A stretch of 63,745 bases of DNA, the filler included, from Hyphochytrium catenoides (lineage: Eukaryota; Protista; Hyphochytriomycota): the NCBI GenBank assembly GCA_900088475.1. It is 11 parts of 11 records of this genome, joined end to end, with 100 filler letters (N's around TTAATTAATTAA, not from the genome) between each part and the next. Parts side by side here need not be neighbours in the genome. Positions count along the whole stretch, not along the records: positions 1 to 15,028 come from FLMG01003941.1; 10 more parts are not named here. One strand, 5' to 3'. Of the stretch, positions 1 through 13,598 are shown one piece after another. Position 1 is the first letter of the stretch, and every line of letters starts with the position of its first letter. The notes under the pieces were generated by a model that had not been told where the DNA came from, did not search any database, and saw only the letters and a program-made list of their open reading frames with translations. Position numbers and translations under genes: made by a program.

Positions 1-1634
1 CTTGGGGAAGGTTCTCCTGATGTCCCGTAGAATCACTTCTTCACAAGGATACTTGGGGGCACACAGAAGCTCCTTATACCGCCCTTAAGAACATGAAGAG
101 AGAGAGAGAGAATCAAAAGGTGAGAGAGTCAAGACGAAAGAGTGAAGTTTATCATAATTTGGATAAGGTAAATGTAGAGCAGGTCAGACAGGAATAAGGG
201 AAGTTGCGAAAGGAGCGAGAGGAACGGGAGAAGCAAAGAGAGAAGGCGGGAAACAGAGTAAGAGAGAGAGAGAGAGAAGAGAAGGGAGCAGAAAAGCGAA
301 TACCTGGGTTGTTAAGCTTCATGGCCTCACTGCCTGCCAGTTTGACCCAGATCTTCCCTCTCACTGCCGTGGGAATGCCCTTCCGAACACGGGACTTGAC
401 CTTGTCAGGATATCCTTTGACAAAGCTTTAGGAGAGAGAAAGGGAAGAGATAAGCGCCAGAAGAGAACGAGATGACGCCGAGAGAGAGAGGTCAGGTTAC
501 GAGGAAGCATGAAGGAGAATGAGAGGAGAGAGGGACAAGGAGAACATTGGCGAAAGTTCACCAAAGATAAACGAGGAAGGTAGGTAGAGGGAGTAGGACA
601 TAACGAGTGATAGGAAAAGATGAGGAAGGTGGAGGCAGAGAGAATGAGAGAGAAACGGGGAGGGAGAGAGAGAGAAACGGAGGGAGCGCGAGCGAGCGAG
701 CGAGCGAGAGAGAGTGAGAGAAAGAGAGAGAGACAGCAATGAAGAGAGAGAGAGAGAAAGAGAAGCGTAGAGAGAAGAAACGGAGGAGGAGAGAGAAAGC
801 ATTGGAGAGTAAGAGAAAGCTAAGATAAGCTAGGGTAGACAGAATATGAGCGAAGTAGGAAGAAGCCTATCTCGAGAAAAAGAACTGTTTAGACCATCTC
901 TCTCTCTCTCACTCTCTCTTTCTCTCTCCCCCTCTCTCTATCATGCGATACCAAGAACAAATGAGACTGAAAATGGGGAGAGGCGAAGGGAGAATGAAGA
1001 GAGCAAATGTTCGAAAGAACGAGAAAGGACTCTAAGAAAGGAGAAAGGACGTTAGTGGGAGAGACGGCGTGCACCTGTCCCAGCTGTGATACATCTTCAG
1101 CCACTTCTGCGTCCTGTTATTCTCCAGCCAGACTTGGTCTCTCTTTCTCTTCTCGTCTGCGATACGCTGGACAAAGCGCCTATATTGAAGAGTCAAGGAA
1201 AGTGGAAGAGTCAGAGCAGGTTCAGAGCTCTATGATGAGAGAGAGTAAGGAAGAGAAAGATGAGCCGCACGTAGGGAAGGGAAGGAGAGAAAGAGGACGA
1301 TAACAGGTTGAGAAAAGTAAGAATAACCAAGAGCAAGAGAGAGCCAGATGCGCCGAGGTATAGAGAAGATGAGACAGAGAAAGGAGGGATAACGAGAGCA
1401 ACACGGCCAAATAATAGTAGCTAAAGATAAAATAGACAGAGGTGAAGGGACAAGCACACACCGAGAGAGAGAGAACCACAAGAAAGGAAAGAGACGATCA
1501 GAGAGAGAGGGCGAGAGAAAGAAAGACAGGAAAAGAGACATATAGACTGACACAGGGAGAGAATGAAAAAGAGACAGGAGGGGGAGAGCGAGCGAATCCG
1601 CGCGCGCGCGAGAGAGAGAAAAAGACAGAGCGCG

Positions 1635-1666
<32 letters not shown>

Positions 1667-2434
1667 GAGAAGAGAAAAAGAAAGAGAGAGAGAAAAGAAA
1701 GAGACAGACAGGCAGGGGAGAGAACAAGCTCATACTTATCACCCTCAAAGAAGCCAAAGCGATCAGTTCTGAGAATATTCCTCGGACTAGAGCTCATCAT
1801 CGCCCTGGGACTGCTGAGAGGAGAGACGCTTCCGAGAGAAGAAGACGAGGAAGGAACTTGAGAAGAGGAAGAGCTGTCGACATAGCTAGACGATCCGCTT
1901 GAGAGAGAAGAGATACTGATGGAAGACTGCAGAGGAGAGGCGCAGACAGGCTGAGAAGAGAGAGACTTGGGCGTGCTGCAGTCAATGAGGATTGTCCTCG
2001 GCTTATCGTCCAGTACCACGGGCTCTGAGCGAGGAAGGAGAGCAAAATGGAAGAAATGAGAGAGAAAAGGAGAACGAGGTGTCAACGTCTTCCGGAGAGC
2101 GAGTGTGCAGGTGGTCGAGGGAGCCAGCAAGACACTCTGTAAGAATAACAGGTGAGGACAAAGCAGGCGACCAAAGGAAAGAGATTTAAAGAGAGACCAT
2201 GAGAGAGACAGAGAGAGAGACAGAGGGAAATCAAGAGAGAGAGAAAGGAGAGGTAAGAGAGAGGAAGCGAGAAGAGAGAGGGAGGGAAGGGGAGAGTAGA
2301 GCAGCCACCAAGCCCTTACCTTCCGAGGCATCAATGGTGAGCTTCCTCATGGCTCCCAAGTGAGCCTCAAGCGCCACGGGCTGCACTGTCAGCTCCACCG
2401 CTCTTACGCCTTCTTCATCAATAGACGCCATCAT
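1..2434 (-). CDS. TBC-domain Rab GTPase-activating protein (multi-exon, 3' end beyond window edge)
   Basis: GT-AG exons join in frame. 2434-2320 MMASIDEEG...; ~2025-1736 ...RNILRTDRFGFFEGDK; ~1166-1074 ...WLENNRTQKWLKMYHSWD; ~426-304 FVKGYPDKVKSRVRKGIPTAVRGKIWVKLAG; ~83-1 RYKELLCAPKYPCEEVILRDIRRTFPK. RKGIP..RG..W and the IxxDxxRT arginine finger are TBC hallmarks. Confidence 0.9.
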
Positions 2435-2925
2435 CCTCTATCCCCTCCCTCTTTTCCAGCCCTCTAGCTGTCTCTCTCTCTCTCTCTCTGTCTGTGTGTC
2501 TCTCACTGTCTCTTACACCTAAGGAGCACTGCCTCTTACTATCAGACCCTCCCTCTTTCCCGGATTGATACCTCTTAATGCTCGGCTTCCGATGAACTTG
2601 GAAGACGCCAAGAAAAAGAGAGATAACAGTAACAAGAGTGAATGTGTGGCCTTGCCAAAGGGCCAAGATCTTGCCTCAAAAGCGCGAGGAGAAACTAGTT
2701 TTTGTTGTCTGGTTCGCCTTTGCAGTCTCTCTCTTCTATTTCTATCTCTGCTGTTTAGGGTTCTATCTGATCGTTCGGTCATCGGAGACCTCCAAAGAGG
2801 AAAAATACGCTCTCTTCTCTCTTTCCAGTCTCTCTTTCTCTTAACATTCCGCTCCTTCTCCTCGACCTCTTGACGATGTGTCTTTCACATTCCAACGGAG
2901 AGTTTCCAATCATCTTCGACTACTG

Positions 2926-2961
<36 letters not shown>

Positions 2962-3320
2962 TCTCTCTCTCTCTTTCTCTCTCTCCTCTCTCTTCTCTTC
3001 TCTCTTGATCCTGGCTTTCTCTCTCTCTGTTCTCTCTCCGTCTCTCCTTTTCTCCGTCTCTCCTCTCTCCTCTCCCTCTCTCCTCTCTCTCTTCTCCCTC
3101 TCTCCTTTCTCTCTCTCTCTTTCTCTTTCTCTCTCTGCCTCTCTCTCTCACACACTTTCTCTCTCTCTCCCACTCCCATCATCACTTTCTCCTCAGAATC
3201 CAGCCCTTGTAACGCTCATTCATAAACAGTACGGCTGGCCATGCCCATTTTGACTCCTCTTTGTGATTATGGACGATAAGATTCATCTTTGCACACAATA
3301 TTCTAGATCGCTTCCTTGAG

Positions 3321-3960
3321 TCACGGTACTGAGCACAGCAGCACGACGTCGTACGGCTTCCTGACAGTTCTATTTGATAGAAAGAAGAGAGGGGGCAAAG
3401 AAAGAAAGAGAGAGAGAGAGNNNNNNNNNNNNNNNNNNNNNNNNNNNNNNNGAGGGAGAGAGAGAGAGAGAGGGAGAGAGAAAGAGCGAGCGAGAGAGAG
3501 AGAAACAGCTAGAGAAACAGCAAGTGAGACACAACCCGACACAAAGAAAGAGACGGTGAGGGGGACTCGGGAAGAGAAAGAGCGAGAAAGAGCGAGACAG
3601 AGAGATTCGATGCAAAGCATCTCAAGAAGTGAGCAAGAGAAGAGAAAAAATGGCTGGAGATGTACTTTCGTCTTTCTTCAAACTGTTAGAAGGGAAAGAA
3701 GATAAAGAGAGAAGGAAAGAAGATACAGGGAGAAATTGCTGCTGAAAGGGGAGAGAGAGAGCAGATGTTATGAGAGAAAGATGATATCGTCGGAGGTACG
3801 GCGGAGAAAGAAGAGAAGTCAGGAGATGAAGAAGCGACTGGGAAGAAGAGGAAGGAGGAGAGAAATAAAGAGAGGACCAAAAGGCAGGAGAGAAGGAAAG
3901 CAGAAGGCAATAGCAGCGGAGAAGATAATCGGATGAGTTCCTCTTCAAGTCTATCAAACA
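3321..3960 (-). CDS. Possible 3' exons of an unidentified minus-strand gene
   Basis: Short non-repetitive islands (e.g. ...KPYDVVLLCSVP* ending at 3321) between minus-strand pyrimidine tracts with AG acceptors. Full structure not resolved. Confidence 0.25.
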
Positions 3961-4277
3961 AACGGTGAGAAGGAATCATAAATGCACATCTGTAAATATA
4001 GAGTAGAAAACGAAGACGCTCCCTTCTTTGCTCTCTCTCTCTCTCTCTCTTTCTGCTGTCTCTCTCTCTCTCTCTCTCTCTGTTTTCCCCCTCTCTCTCC
4101 GTTCTTTATATCTCTGTCTCTGTTACGAATTACTAACTTCATCTGTCTCCCGTTGATTGTTAGCTCTTGTCTTCTTCATCAAACTCTCTCGCTCTCGCTC
4201 TCTTTCTCTCTCTCTTTCTCTCTCTCTCCTCTCTCTCTCTCTCTCNNNNNNNNNNNNNNNNNNNNNNNNNNNNNNNN

Positions 4278-4310
<33 letters not shown>

Positions 4311-4492
4311 GTTTTCTTGCTCCCGGACAGTAAACCACCCCTTCTCCTGTTATTGACCTCTCTCTCCCCTCGCTTTTCCCGCACTTTTCACCATCATTTT
4401 TCTGAAGGAAGAACTTTGTCTCGCCTGTCCCTCCAACCTCCGCTCGTCCCGCAGTGCAAGTTCGTTCTCTCTCTCTCTCTTCTTTTGACAGA

Positions 4493-4537
<45 letters not shown>

Positions 4538-4578
4538 CTTTTGATAGATACTTCCTCTCTCCCTTCTTTTGATAGATA

Positions 4579-4625
<47 letters not shown>

Positions 4626-5564
4626 TCTTCTCTTTCTCTCTCTTTTATTCTTATTGCTGGTGTGTCTCTCTGGCCGCTGGAGGTGGAGGCGATATACAGC
4701 GCGAGCGTAACGACCATGCCGAACGGAAACTTCAACGTTCTCGAAAGATTAAACTTCCGAAGGTTTCCAGGGTTAAAGTCCGTGGTACGTTAGATCTTGA
4801 AATAAACACTGTCTAGAAGTAAACTGAAATATTTCCATCATTCCCCCATCTCGCCCTCTTGCTGGCTGCTGCGCTCTCCATGTTTCTCTCTTTTTCTCTC
4901 TCTCTCTCTCTCCCTCTTTCTCTCTTTCTCTCCTCTCTCTTTCTCTTCCTCTCCTCGCCCCCTTGGTCTTTCTCTTTTCTCTCTCCTTTCTCTACCTCAT
5001 TCTCCCGCTTTCTCTGGGCTCTCTCTTCTCTCTTGCCCTCTTTCGCGCTCGCTCTGTCGAATCTCCACCCTCTCTCGCCATCAGGGTTCTCTCTTCTTCT
5101 CTCTCACTCCTTTTTGCCCTTTCCCTACCCTTTCCTTCTTCCTCTCTATCTCAGACAGGGAGAGAAGAGCGTCTTCTGTAAGAACCAGGACATCCCGAAA
5201 CGAAAGGGGAAGACTAAAGGGAGCACGGACAGCGTCTTACCTTATTGGAGATTGGGGCGCTGTTTTTCTCTCTCTCCGCGCCTTACTCGCCCCTCTTTCG
5301 TCTCTCTTCCTCTCCACTGTACAGCTTCAGTCGTTGCTTCCTTCTCCAGGCTGTCTCTCTCTCTGTCTCCCTCCTTCGACCCGCGGCAGAGGTTGAAGAT
5401 TTCTTACATTCCGGCTAGTTGTTGGCCTCTTTCAGCCAAAATCCGTGTCTCTCTCGTTTGCTGCATAGCTTTCGGCCTCGGCCCCTGTTCCCATGCTGCG
5501 CCACGCGTCCTTGCCCTTGAGACTTTCTGAGTCAGACGCTTAGGGAAAGCGCACAGCAACAGGA

Positions 5565-5604
<40 letters not shown>

Positions 5605-5654
5605 GCGAGGGCCCACCTTGAGAGAGTGCGAGAAGGAGGAGGTCATACTGAACA

Positions 5655-6013
5655 ATGGAGGTGATATCCCGGTGCTTGGACCAGGAGGCAAGGGGAGACT
5701 GGAAGGGAGATCCAGATAACAATGAGACAAGAGAGAGAGAAGAAGACTACGAAGAAAGAGTCTCTGTCTTAGACGTGGGAGAGACTCCTGAGGAGAGAGA
5801 GAAAGGGTCGGAGAAGAAGACAGAGTATGACAAAGTGGAAGAGAATAGCATCGAGGATCCTGCTGAGGTAGAGGAAGAGGCTGCTTTCAGTTCTCAATCT
5901 CCAGTCACATGTTCTCTCCCATCGAAAGAACCGCAACAGACTGTAAGTTGACGTCGCTACTCCTTTCTTTCTATACTCTTCTCTCTCTCTCTCTCTCTCT
6001 CGCTCTCTATCCC

Positions 6014-6055
<42 letters not shown>

Positions 6056-8696
6056 TCTCTCTCTCATACACACACACACACACTCTCTCTCTCTCGTTTC
6101 CTCTCGCTGTCTCCTTCTCGTTTACCCTGGTCGACTCGAAGTCACTGCTGTGGGGACTCTATCTTCTCTTCTTCTTGCCTCCCCCTTATCTCCCTTTTCT
6201 GTTCCAATGTCTCACCCTGTGTATCACTCTTGTCCCCTTGGACGCTCCTCGGTCTCTCTCATATTATCGCCCCTTGTCGTCCTTCACTCACACACTCTCT
6301 CTCTGTCTCTCTCTCTCTTTCTCTCTACATATTTTTCTCTCTTTCCCTCTCTCCGTGCTTTCTCTCTTCAGCAAACTGACAAGGGACTGCACAGCGCTCG
6401 AACTCTCTTTCTTTGGAAAGGTAGTAGAGAACTCTTCTCTCCAATCTTCGGAATCGATTCATCTCTCTCCATGTCTCTCCATCTTCAACCTCAACTCTCT
6501 CTTTCTCTCTTCCTCTCTCTCTTTCTCCTCGTGCTCTTCGGTCATAGATCCACCTTTCTTTGCTTTCTTTCCTCTTCAAGAATCGGCTCTGGCATTCCCT
6601 TATCTCCCTTTCTCTCCTCTGCCAGAGTTGGCCTACCTCCGAGCGCTTGACCGAGCAGAGGATTTACTCTGCGCTACAGAGGAAGAAGGGGAAGCGCATG
6701 CCGGTACTGTCACCCCCGCTTTCCATTTCTCTGCTTTTCTCTCTCTCTTACGCACACACACACAATCTTTTGTCTTCTTGTCGTCTGATGCCACTTCCCC
6801 ATCTCTCTCTTGGGGTCTCTCCTTTTTTTCACCTTCAAATTTCTGTTCTTTCTCTCCTGAACTTTTCGGCAATCGTTTCTAGTTTCCTTCGTGTTTCTCT
6901 TCACTCTCACTCTCTCTCTCTCTCTCTCTCTCTTTTTCTCTCTCTCTCTTCTCTCTCTTCTCTCTCTTCTCTCTCTTCTCTTTCTCTCTTTCTCTCTCTC
7001 TCTCCCTCTCCTCTCTCTCTCTCTCTCTTTCTCACTCACGCTTTTCCTTTCTTTGTCTGCGTGATATCACCCACCATTCTTCTCTGTCTTATAAAGCGAA
7101 CCTACGGGGGCTGTTAGAAAAGTTCGTAAAACTCGCGGGGAAGATGCAGCAGGATATAGAGAAGAGAAAAGAGAAAGAGAAGAGTTTACAGGTAAGGGAC
7201 CGACGCGCGCGCGCGCGAGAGAGAGGAGAGAGAGAGAACGAGGAGAGAGAGAGGGAGGGGACAAAAAGTGAAGAGAATGACATTGAGAATGAAATCGAGG
7301 CAGACGATGTAGAGGCTCTCTTCTTCGCACACTTCTTAATCTCTTTAACCGTCCATGATATCTCTCTCTCTCGTTTGACAGCTCTCTCTCCTTTCTTTTT
7401 GTATGTGTGTGTGCTGTCTCTCTCTCCTCTTGCACGTCACGTGTTGCCTCTTGCGGCACGATCCCCGTTCTCTGTCTCTGTCTCTCTCATTCTTCCTCTC
7501 CCAGCTTGGCTCCTCTCATCTCTTTTTGTCTTTTTTTCCCATTATAAACTAACTCTCTCTCTCTCTCTTTCCTTTCTCTTTCTCTTTTTCTCTCTCTCCC
7601 TCTCTTTCTTCTCTCTTTTTCCCTGGCTGGAAGGCACAAATCATGGCACTTCAGGCACAGAACGAACTCTATGTAAAAGTTCTCAGGGCTGTGGACGCCA
7701 AGGTTTTGGAAATGAAGAAGTTGGAAGAGAGAGAGACAGATAACTCTCTCTCATTGCCTGTCTCTCCAAAGGAGAGAAAGAGACGGAGAAGTAGCATTGA
7801 AGAAGAGACGCCGTCGATGATGAAGTCTCTCAGTGATGTACTGACAGCTTGGAAGGGAGGAGAGACAAAGAACACCGCGCTTTCTCTCTCTTTTGTCTCT
7901 CCTTCTTCGTCTTCTTCTTGTCTCTCTCCTGCACCTTCTCTCCCTCCGTCCACCTCCCAGCGACCGAGCCGCTTCCATGCTGGCGGCTGGCTGTTCGCCC
8001 GGGCACATCTAGAAGAGACAGAAGAAAAGAAAACCAACCAGGCTTCCTCTTCATCCTCTCTCTCTCCCTCTACTCATTCACCTTCTCCCCTTGCTCCCTC
8101 TGTCATAGCATCTTCTTCCTCCGTGTCTCTCTCTCTCCCTGAAGGAGAGAACAAAGATATTAGCAGAAAAGTTAGGCTTGGACAGCAACTTCTGAGCTCA
8201 GGGCTCCGAGGACAGAAGCCGCGTAGCTCTCGTTTCTCTCTCTCGGACCATCCTCTTCTCTTTCCTCTCAGTACATCAGAGAGCGTAGTGGAGGACGAAG
8301 ATGAGAAGATGAGAGAGAAAGAAAGAGAGAAAGGGGAACAACTCTCTCCATTTTCTGTAGAGAAGCAAGGACACAGGAGAAGCTTGTCGTACTCTGCCAT
8401 GGAGAGAACGATGTCCGCCCCTTCTTCCTGCTCTCTCAGGATAGAGGAGAGAAAAAGAGAAAGCATTCAGCAGGTTTCTCTCCCTTCTGGTTCTCCTCTA
8501 GATTCACCGCACACGAAGAGAAGAGAGAAACGAGAAGAGAGAGACCAGCTCCGTCGCTCGATCAGTCTTTCGGAGTCCTCAAGCTATCCCGTGCGGTCGG
8601 CACAACCTCATTCGAGACAGAACTCCAGACTCATCAGACAGGAGTCGATCCGGGATGGTGAGTGTCCTTTCTAGACACACACACTCTCTTCTCACT

Positions 8697-8734
<38 letters not shown>

Positions 8735-9345
8735 CTCTTTTATTTCCCTCTCTCTCGCTCTGGGTTCTTACTCTTTAACTCTCTTTCCCTCTCTGTTTCT
8801 CTCTTTCTCTCTCTCTCTGTCTGTCTCTCAGTCTCTCAATCCTCTCTCTCTGGTATGTCAGGCAGTAGGTGTTTCTCTCCCTTCTCCACCATCGTCTTCC
8901 GGTCCTCATAGATCTCCCTTTTACTCTCCTTTCTCTCGTCCTCGCTGGTCTTCTCTCCCCCATCCGTCTCTCTCTCTCTTCTCCTATCGGACGCCCTCTT
9001 TAACGGTCAATCTCGCAGTCAATCGGCTCTTCCTCGATGACAGCAGCAGGCCACAGCCTTCCAGCACTTACAGAGGTAGAACAACGGAACTCTTTTCCTC
9101 GTTTTTACTGTCTCGTAGTGTCTTTCTCTCTCTCTCTTCGTTTCGCTCTCCTCATTCCCAACCTTCGCTCTTTTTCCTGTGTATCGCTCTCTTTGATCTC
9201 TCTCTCTCTCCCTTTGCTCTTCTTTTTTACTTTTCTCTTCTGTCTCTCTCATCCTTTCTTTACCTTGCTCTATTTCTTGTTACCCCTCTCCCTCTCCCTC
9301 TCCCTCTTTCTCTTCTCTCTTTTTGTTCTCTCTCTCCCTCTCTCT

Positions 9346-9381
<36 letters not shown>

Positions 9382-9852
9382 TCGTCGTCTCTGTCTCTGG
9401 GACTTTCTCTGTCAAGCTGATGGTGTTCGTCTTTTCTTAGAACTTGACCAAGCGACTATTGCCAGACTGAGGAGGACTCGGAAGTCTATCGAGCTCGTCT
9501 CTCCACTCTCCCTGGAGCCTTCCCATGGCTCTCTCGGTCAGGAGAGACTGGAAGAAAGAGAAGAAGAAGAGGGAAGAAGAGAGAGAGAGAGACGGTTGAC
9601 AGAAAGAGACAGGAGAGAAGAGGAGAGAGTCAACGGAGGACGAGAGTCTCTCAGCAGGGTTAGGAGAAGCACGTTGTATAATGACGTGGGTCCTGCTGTC
9701 TTCCACAGCACAGGTGGGATCATCGCTCTCATGGCCGATACGATATTACCGTCTCTCTCTGCCACCTTCTCTCTCTCTCCTTTCCCTTCGCTCTTTTCTC
9801 TCTTTCTCAATCTCCCTTCTGCAACTCTCTCGGTGTCTCTAAATTTTTTTGG

Positions 9853-9886
<34 letters not shown>

Positions 9887-10642
9887 GTTCTCTCTCCCTC
9901 TCCCCCCCCCTCTCTCTCTTTCCTTTCCTTTCTTCTCTTTCCCTTTTTCTCTTTCCCTGCTATACTAGCATACATTCACACCCAATTTTTGATTGCTCGT
10001 CTCTCTCTCTTTCGCACTCTTTCCTTCCTCTCTCCGTCGCTGTCTCCCCTGCTCTCTTCCGGTCAAAATTGACAGGTCACGCAACTGAAAAGACAGAAGA
10101 GCTATCTCTCCCGGTTTATGTGAAGGCCAAAGATCGCGGTAGAAAGTGACTGTTTTGCGTTAGCCTTTTGTTTTATGGAGTTCTCTCCCTCTTTCTCTCT
10201 CTCTCTCATCCGAATGGCGCTATCTCGTCCTTCCCTGCCTCCTTTCCCTCTCTCTTCCTCAGATCTCTTAGTCTCTGCCACGTGCGTTTTCTTCCTTCAA
10301 TTCCTGTTCTTCGCTGTTCTCTCTTTCTCCTTTTCCCTCTCTCTCTCACACTTCTTCTCTCTCTCTCTCTCTCTACTATGTTTACAGAGCTACTCGCACG
10401 CTTCCTGCAATCGAAGCATGATCAGCTCATCTTTCTCGACTACATTTTACTGGCGGACGTCGACGGACGAGAGAGAGAGAGAGAAGAAGAAGGAGAAGAG
10501 AAAGAGAGAGGGGAAGATATCCCTCTTACTTCTTACTCTCCTACCGTCGAGGACAAAGTGAGACTGTTGGCCCTCGGCGATAGCTTCTTCGTCATATCCA
10601 CGAGGAAGACAGAATCCACAAAGAGATCGGNNNNNNNNNNNN

Positions 10643-10682
<40 letters not shown>

Positions 10683-11546
10683 AAGAGGGAGAAATGAGCG
10701 TTATGCATGAAAGCGTCACGAGGCATACCGCTGGGAAGGACGAGATTGACACCAACAGGGGTCGGTTAACAAAGGAGAGAGAAAGGAGAGGGGAGAAAAA
10801 TGAGAAGAGAAAAGGTAGAAGAAGGGGAGAGAAGAGAAAGAGAATCAAACCGGGAGGTGGTTCTAGAAGGGAGAGAGAGAAGCCAGCAATGAAGTGAGAG
10901 AGCACGGCAGATAGGGGAGAGAGAGAGAACGAAGCTTGAAGATCAAAGAGAGAGCATAGCACTGGGGCGAGAATACAAGGTGATGCTCTTCTCTTCCTTT
11001 CCACTCTGACTTTCTCTTACAGATTGTGGTTGAAGAGAAGCTGCTAGATCTCACGCTGCTGGAGCTGAATGAAGGAACATTTTCAGTGACGGTAGGAACC
11101 GACAAGGGAGAAAGCTGGAGGAGACAGGGAGAGGGCAAGAACGAGGTGGACGACGGGAGAAGAAAGAGGGAGAGAGAGAAGACAGGGAGAGGGAGAGAGA
11201 TGAAGACAGAGACAAAGAGAGAGAATATGAGAGAGAGAACATAAGAGAGAGAGAGTGAGAGAGACCGCATGGGAGAGGGAGAGAGAGAACAAATGAGAGA
11301 GCGAGAGACATGGGAAAGAGAAAGAATAGACGCTGTTTACCCTCTTCGTCTCATCAACATTGATTTTCGACTCTCTCCCCCTCCCTTTCTCTCTCTTCCT
11401 CTGCCATAACACCTCTGTCACACATGCAGCTAACATTTACCAGGCGGTCTTTGGTCATCCGATCCAAGAAAGCTCAAAGGATCTACTGCACGCTGCTCAA
11501 TGCCAAACACTCAGCCAGAGGAAGAAAGGCCAGTGTAAGCAGCTAA
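5655..11546 (+). CDS. Large multi-exon hypothetical protein (coiled-coil, Ser-rich middle, C-terminal PH-like domain)
   Basis: About ten phase-compatible GT-AG exons: MEVISRCLDQ...; KLTRDCTALELSFFGK; ELAYLRALDRAEDLL; ANLRGLLEKFVKLAG; 7634-~8657; ADGVRLFLELDQ; GHATEKTEEL; ELLARFLQSKHDQLIFLDY; IVVEEKLLDL; LTFTRRSLVIRSKKAQRIYCTLLNA...* (TAA 11544-11546). The start codon is tentative. Confidence 0.65.
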
Positions 11547-12051
11547 CGAGAAGGGAAGAAAGACTGACACAGAGAGAGAAGGATAAGACCCAAAGACAAA
11601 GAGACTGAAAAGAGAGAGACAGATAGGACAGAGAGCTTTGAAACAATGGCTTAGCACTGCCCTGGCATCAGGCAGGCGTTTATTTATTCGACTCTCTTCA
11701 CTGGAAGAGAAGCATCAGCACATAGACCGCACAAGGGACAGACAGTCCTAACTCCTGACATAAAAAAAGACGGCCCTAGCTTTTATTGCCTATTTCTCTC
11801 ACTCACTATTTCTCTCTCTCCCCCTCTCTCTCTCTCTCTCTCTTGCGCTCTCTCTCTCTCTCTCTGTCTATCCTCCAGCCCATCCCACCTCTCTTCTCTC
11901 CTCCCCTCTTACCAGGCTCTTCTTTCCTCCTACTATGAATAATACTCTCACGACCTTTGTAAATAAGAGAGAGAGAGAGAGAGCTCCCGACTATATAGAC
12001 GCGAGACGGCCTTCCTATTCTCTTCTGCTTGCCTCAGACCGCGACAACGGC

Positions 12052-13552
12052 TCATGTGGACGAATTTGACGACGAAGCAAGCGACGCAGTCTCTTCTTCG
12101 AGAGTCTCTGGGAGTCCGCGCGTGACGTAGTGAATGACCACGCCTTGTAGCAAGAAGATGATCAGGATAGTCCCCAGGATCCACCAGCCTTGACCAGGTT
12201 CAGGATCTCTTCTTATTTCAGGGCGAGGAGGAGGAGGAACGGATGGCTTGTTATCTTTATCCTCCTCTGCTGAGTCTACAGACGTAGTGACAGCTGAAGC
12301 CGTAGAAGCAGCAGTCTCCCTTTCACCCTTTCTCCTCCGTAAGCCAGTGCCTCCGATGTCCTCCTCTTCAGTTTCTTTCTTCTTCCCTTCGGCTTGAGAA
12401 GCTCCAAGAATCTTGCCCCACATCTGCTTCTCTTTGTCGGCAATGTACTTCTTTCTCTCTCTCAGTCTCTGCTGCTCCTGAAGGACATCTTTGTTTCCTG
12501 GATCAACCGTTAGAGCCTTCTCCAAAGCCGCAGAAGCCTCTGGAAAGTCGTCCATCAGTCTGGAACATTTTGCAGCCCGAAGAAGCGCTTTCACGTTGTT
12601 TAGGTCAACTTCTAAGACGGAGATGCATGCTTCTCTCGCGTCTTTGTATCTCTCTTGCTTCATATACGCGGCCGCAAGGTTGTTCGCTAAGTCAATGAGA
12701 ATTTCCTTTCTCTCTGTCTTCTGCTCTTCCTCAACCGCCTCCTCCTCATCCCAGTTTTTCAGTACATCTAACCCAGCCTTATAGTGCGTGACAGCGCGAG
12801 AGAAGTCATTTCTCCCAAACCATTCATTGCCTATCTTCTTCTTGTCTCTCGCGAGACGAAGACTTTCTCCCATCGTCATCTCTGCAGGCGTCTTGCCTTC
12901 CTCTCCTAGGCTGACCAGCTCCACGGTGAACTTCAGCGGCGCGTTCTGAGGAATCCCTCGCTCGGGATCGCCAGTCTCTCCATAGGCGAAGCGGGCGTCA
13001 GTGTTGACCTCTACCACCTCTCCCACTTTCATTAGGCGGACTGCTAGCTCAAGTGCTATGAGAAAGAAGATAGAGAAAGAAAGACCATCAAAAGCCGTAC
13101 GTAGGGATTGAAAACAGAGAGAGAGAGAGAGGGGGAGAGAGAAAGAGAGAGAGAGAGAAAGAGGAGAGAGAACGTGCAGCAAGTGAGGGAGAAAGAAACC
13201 AATAAGGAACGGCAAAGGAAGTAGACATAAGTTCGAGTTAGATGGTGACACATTTCTGAGGAAAACTTGACTTCAGGAGGCAAAATTATGCTAGGGAAAG
13301 AGGTCGCAAAGAGAGAGACAGAGAGACAGAGAGAGAGAGAGAGTTTGTCTGGCTGAAAGTGTGATGTTTGTCTCCTTCCTCTCACCTGGAATCACATCTC
13401 CCATCCCTACTCTAAAGCGCTTCTCTTCTCCGGCAGCAAAGCTCTCTCCTGAGTTGAGCAGCATTCCATTGTAACGCACTAGAACCTCCTGGCCAAACTC
13501 AGGGCTTGCAGCACCTTCAGGAGGCTCTCGGATAGTCTATGTTAGAGAAGAA

Positions 13553-13598
<46 letters not shown>

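Noticed and set aside
2592-3253. Small plus-strand gene needing non-GT (GA/GC) splice donors
   Set aside because: No canonical donors at the needed positions, and every confident gene here uses GT. It is more simply the upstream region of the TBC gene.
497-10072. Numerous long LSLSLS/ERERER ORFs (also 14131-14637 and 42338-47656)
   Set aside because: These are translations of (CT)n/(GA)n intron microsatellites, which lack stop codons.
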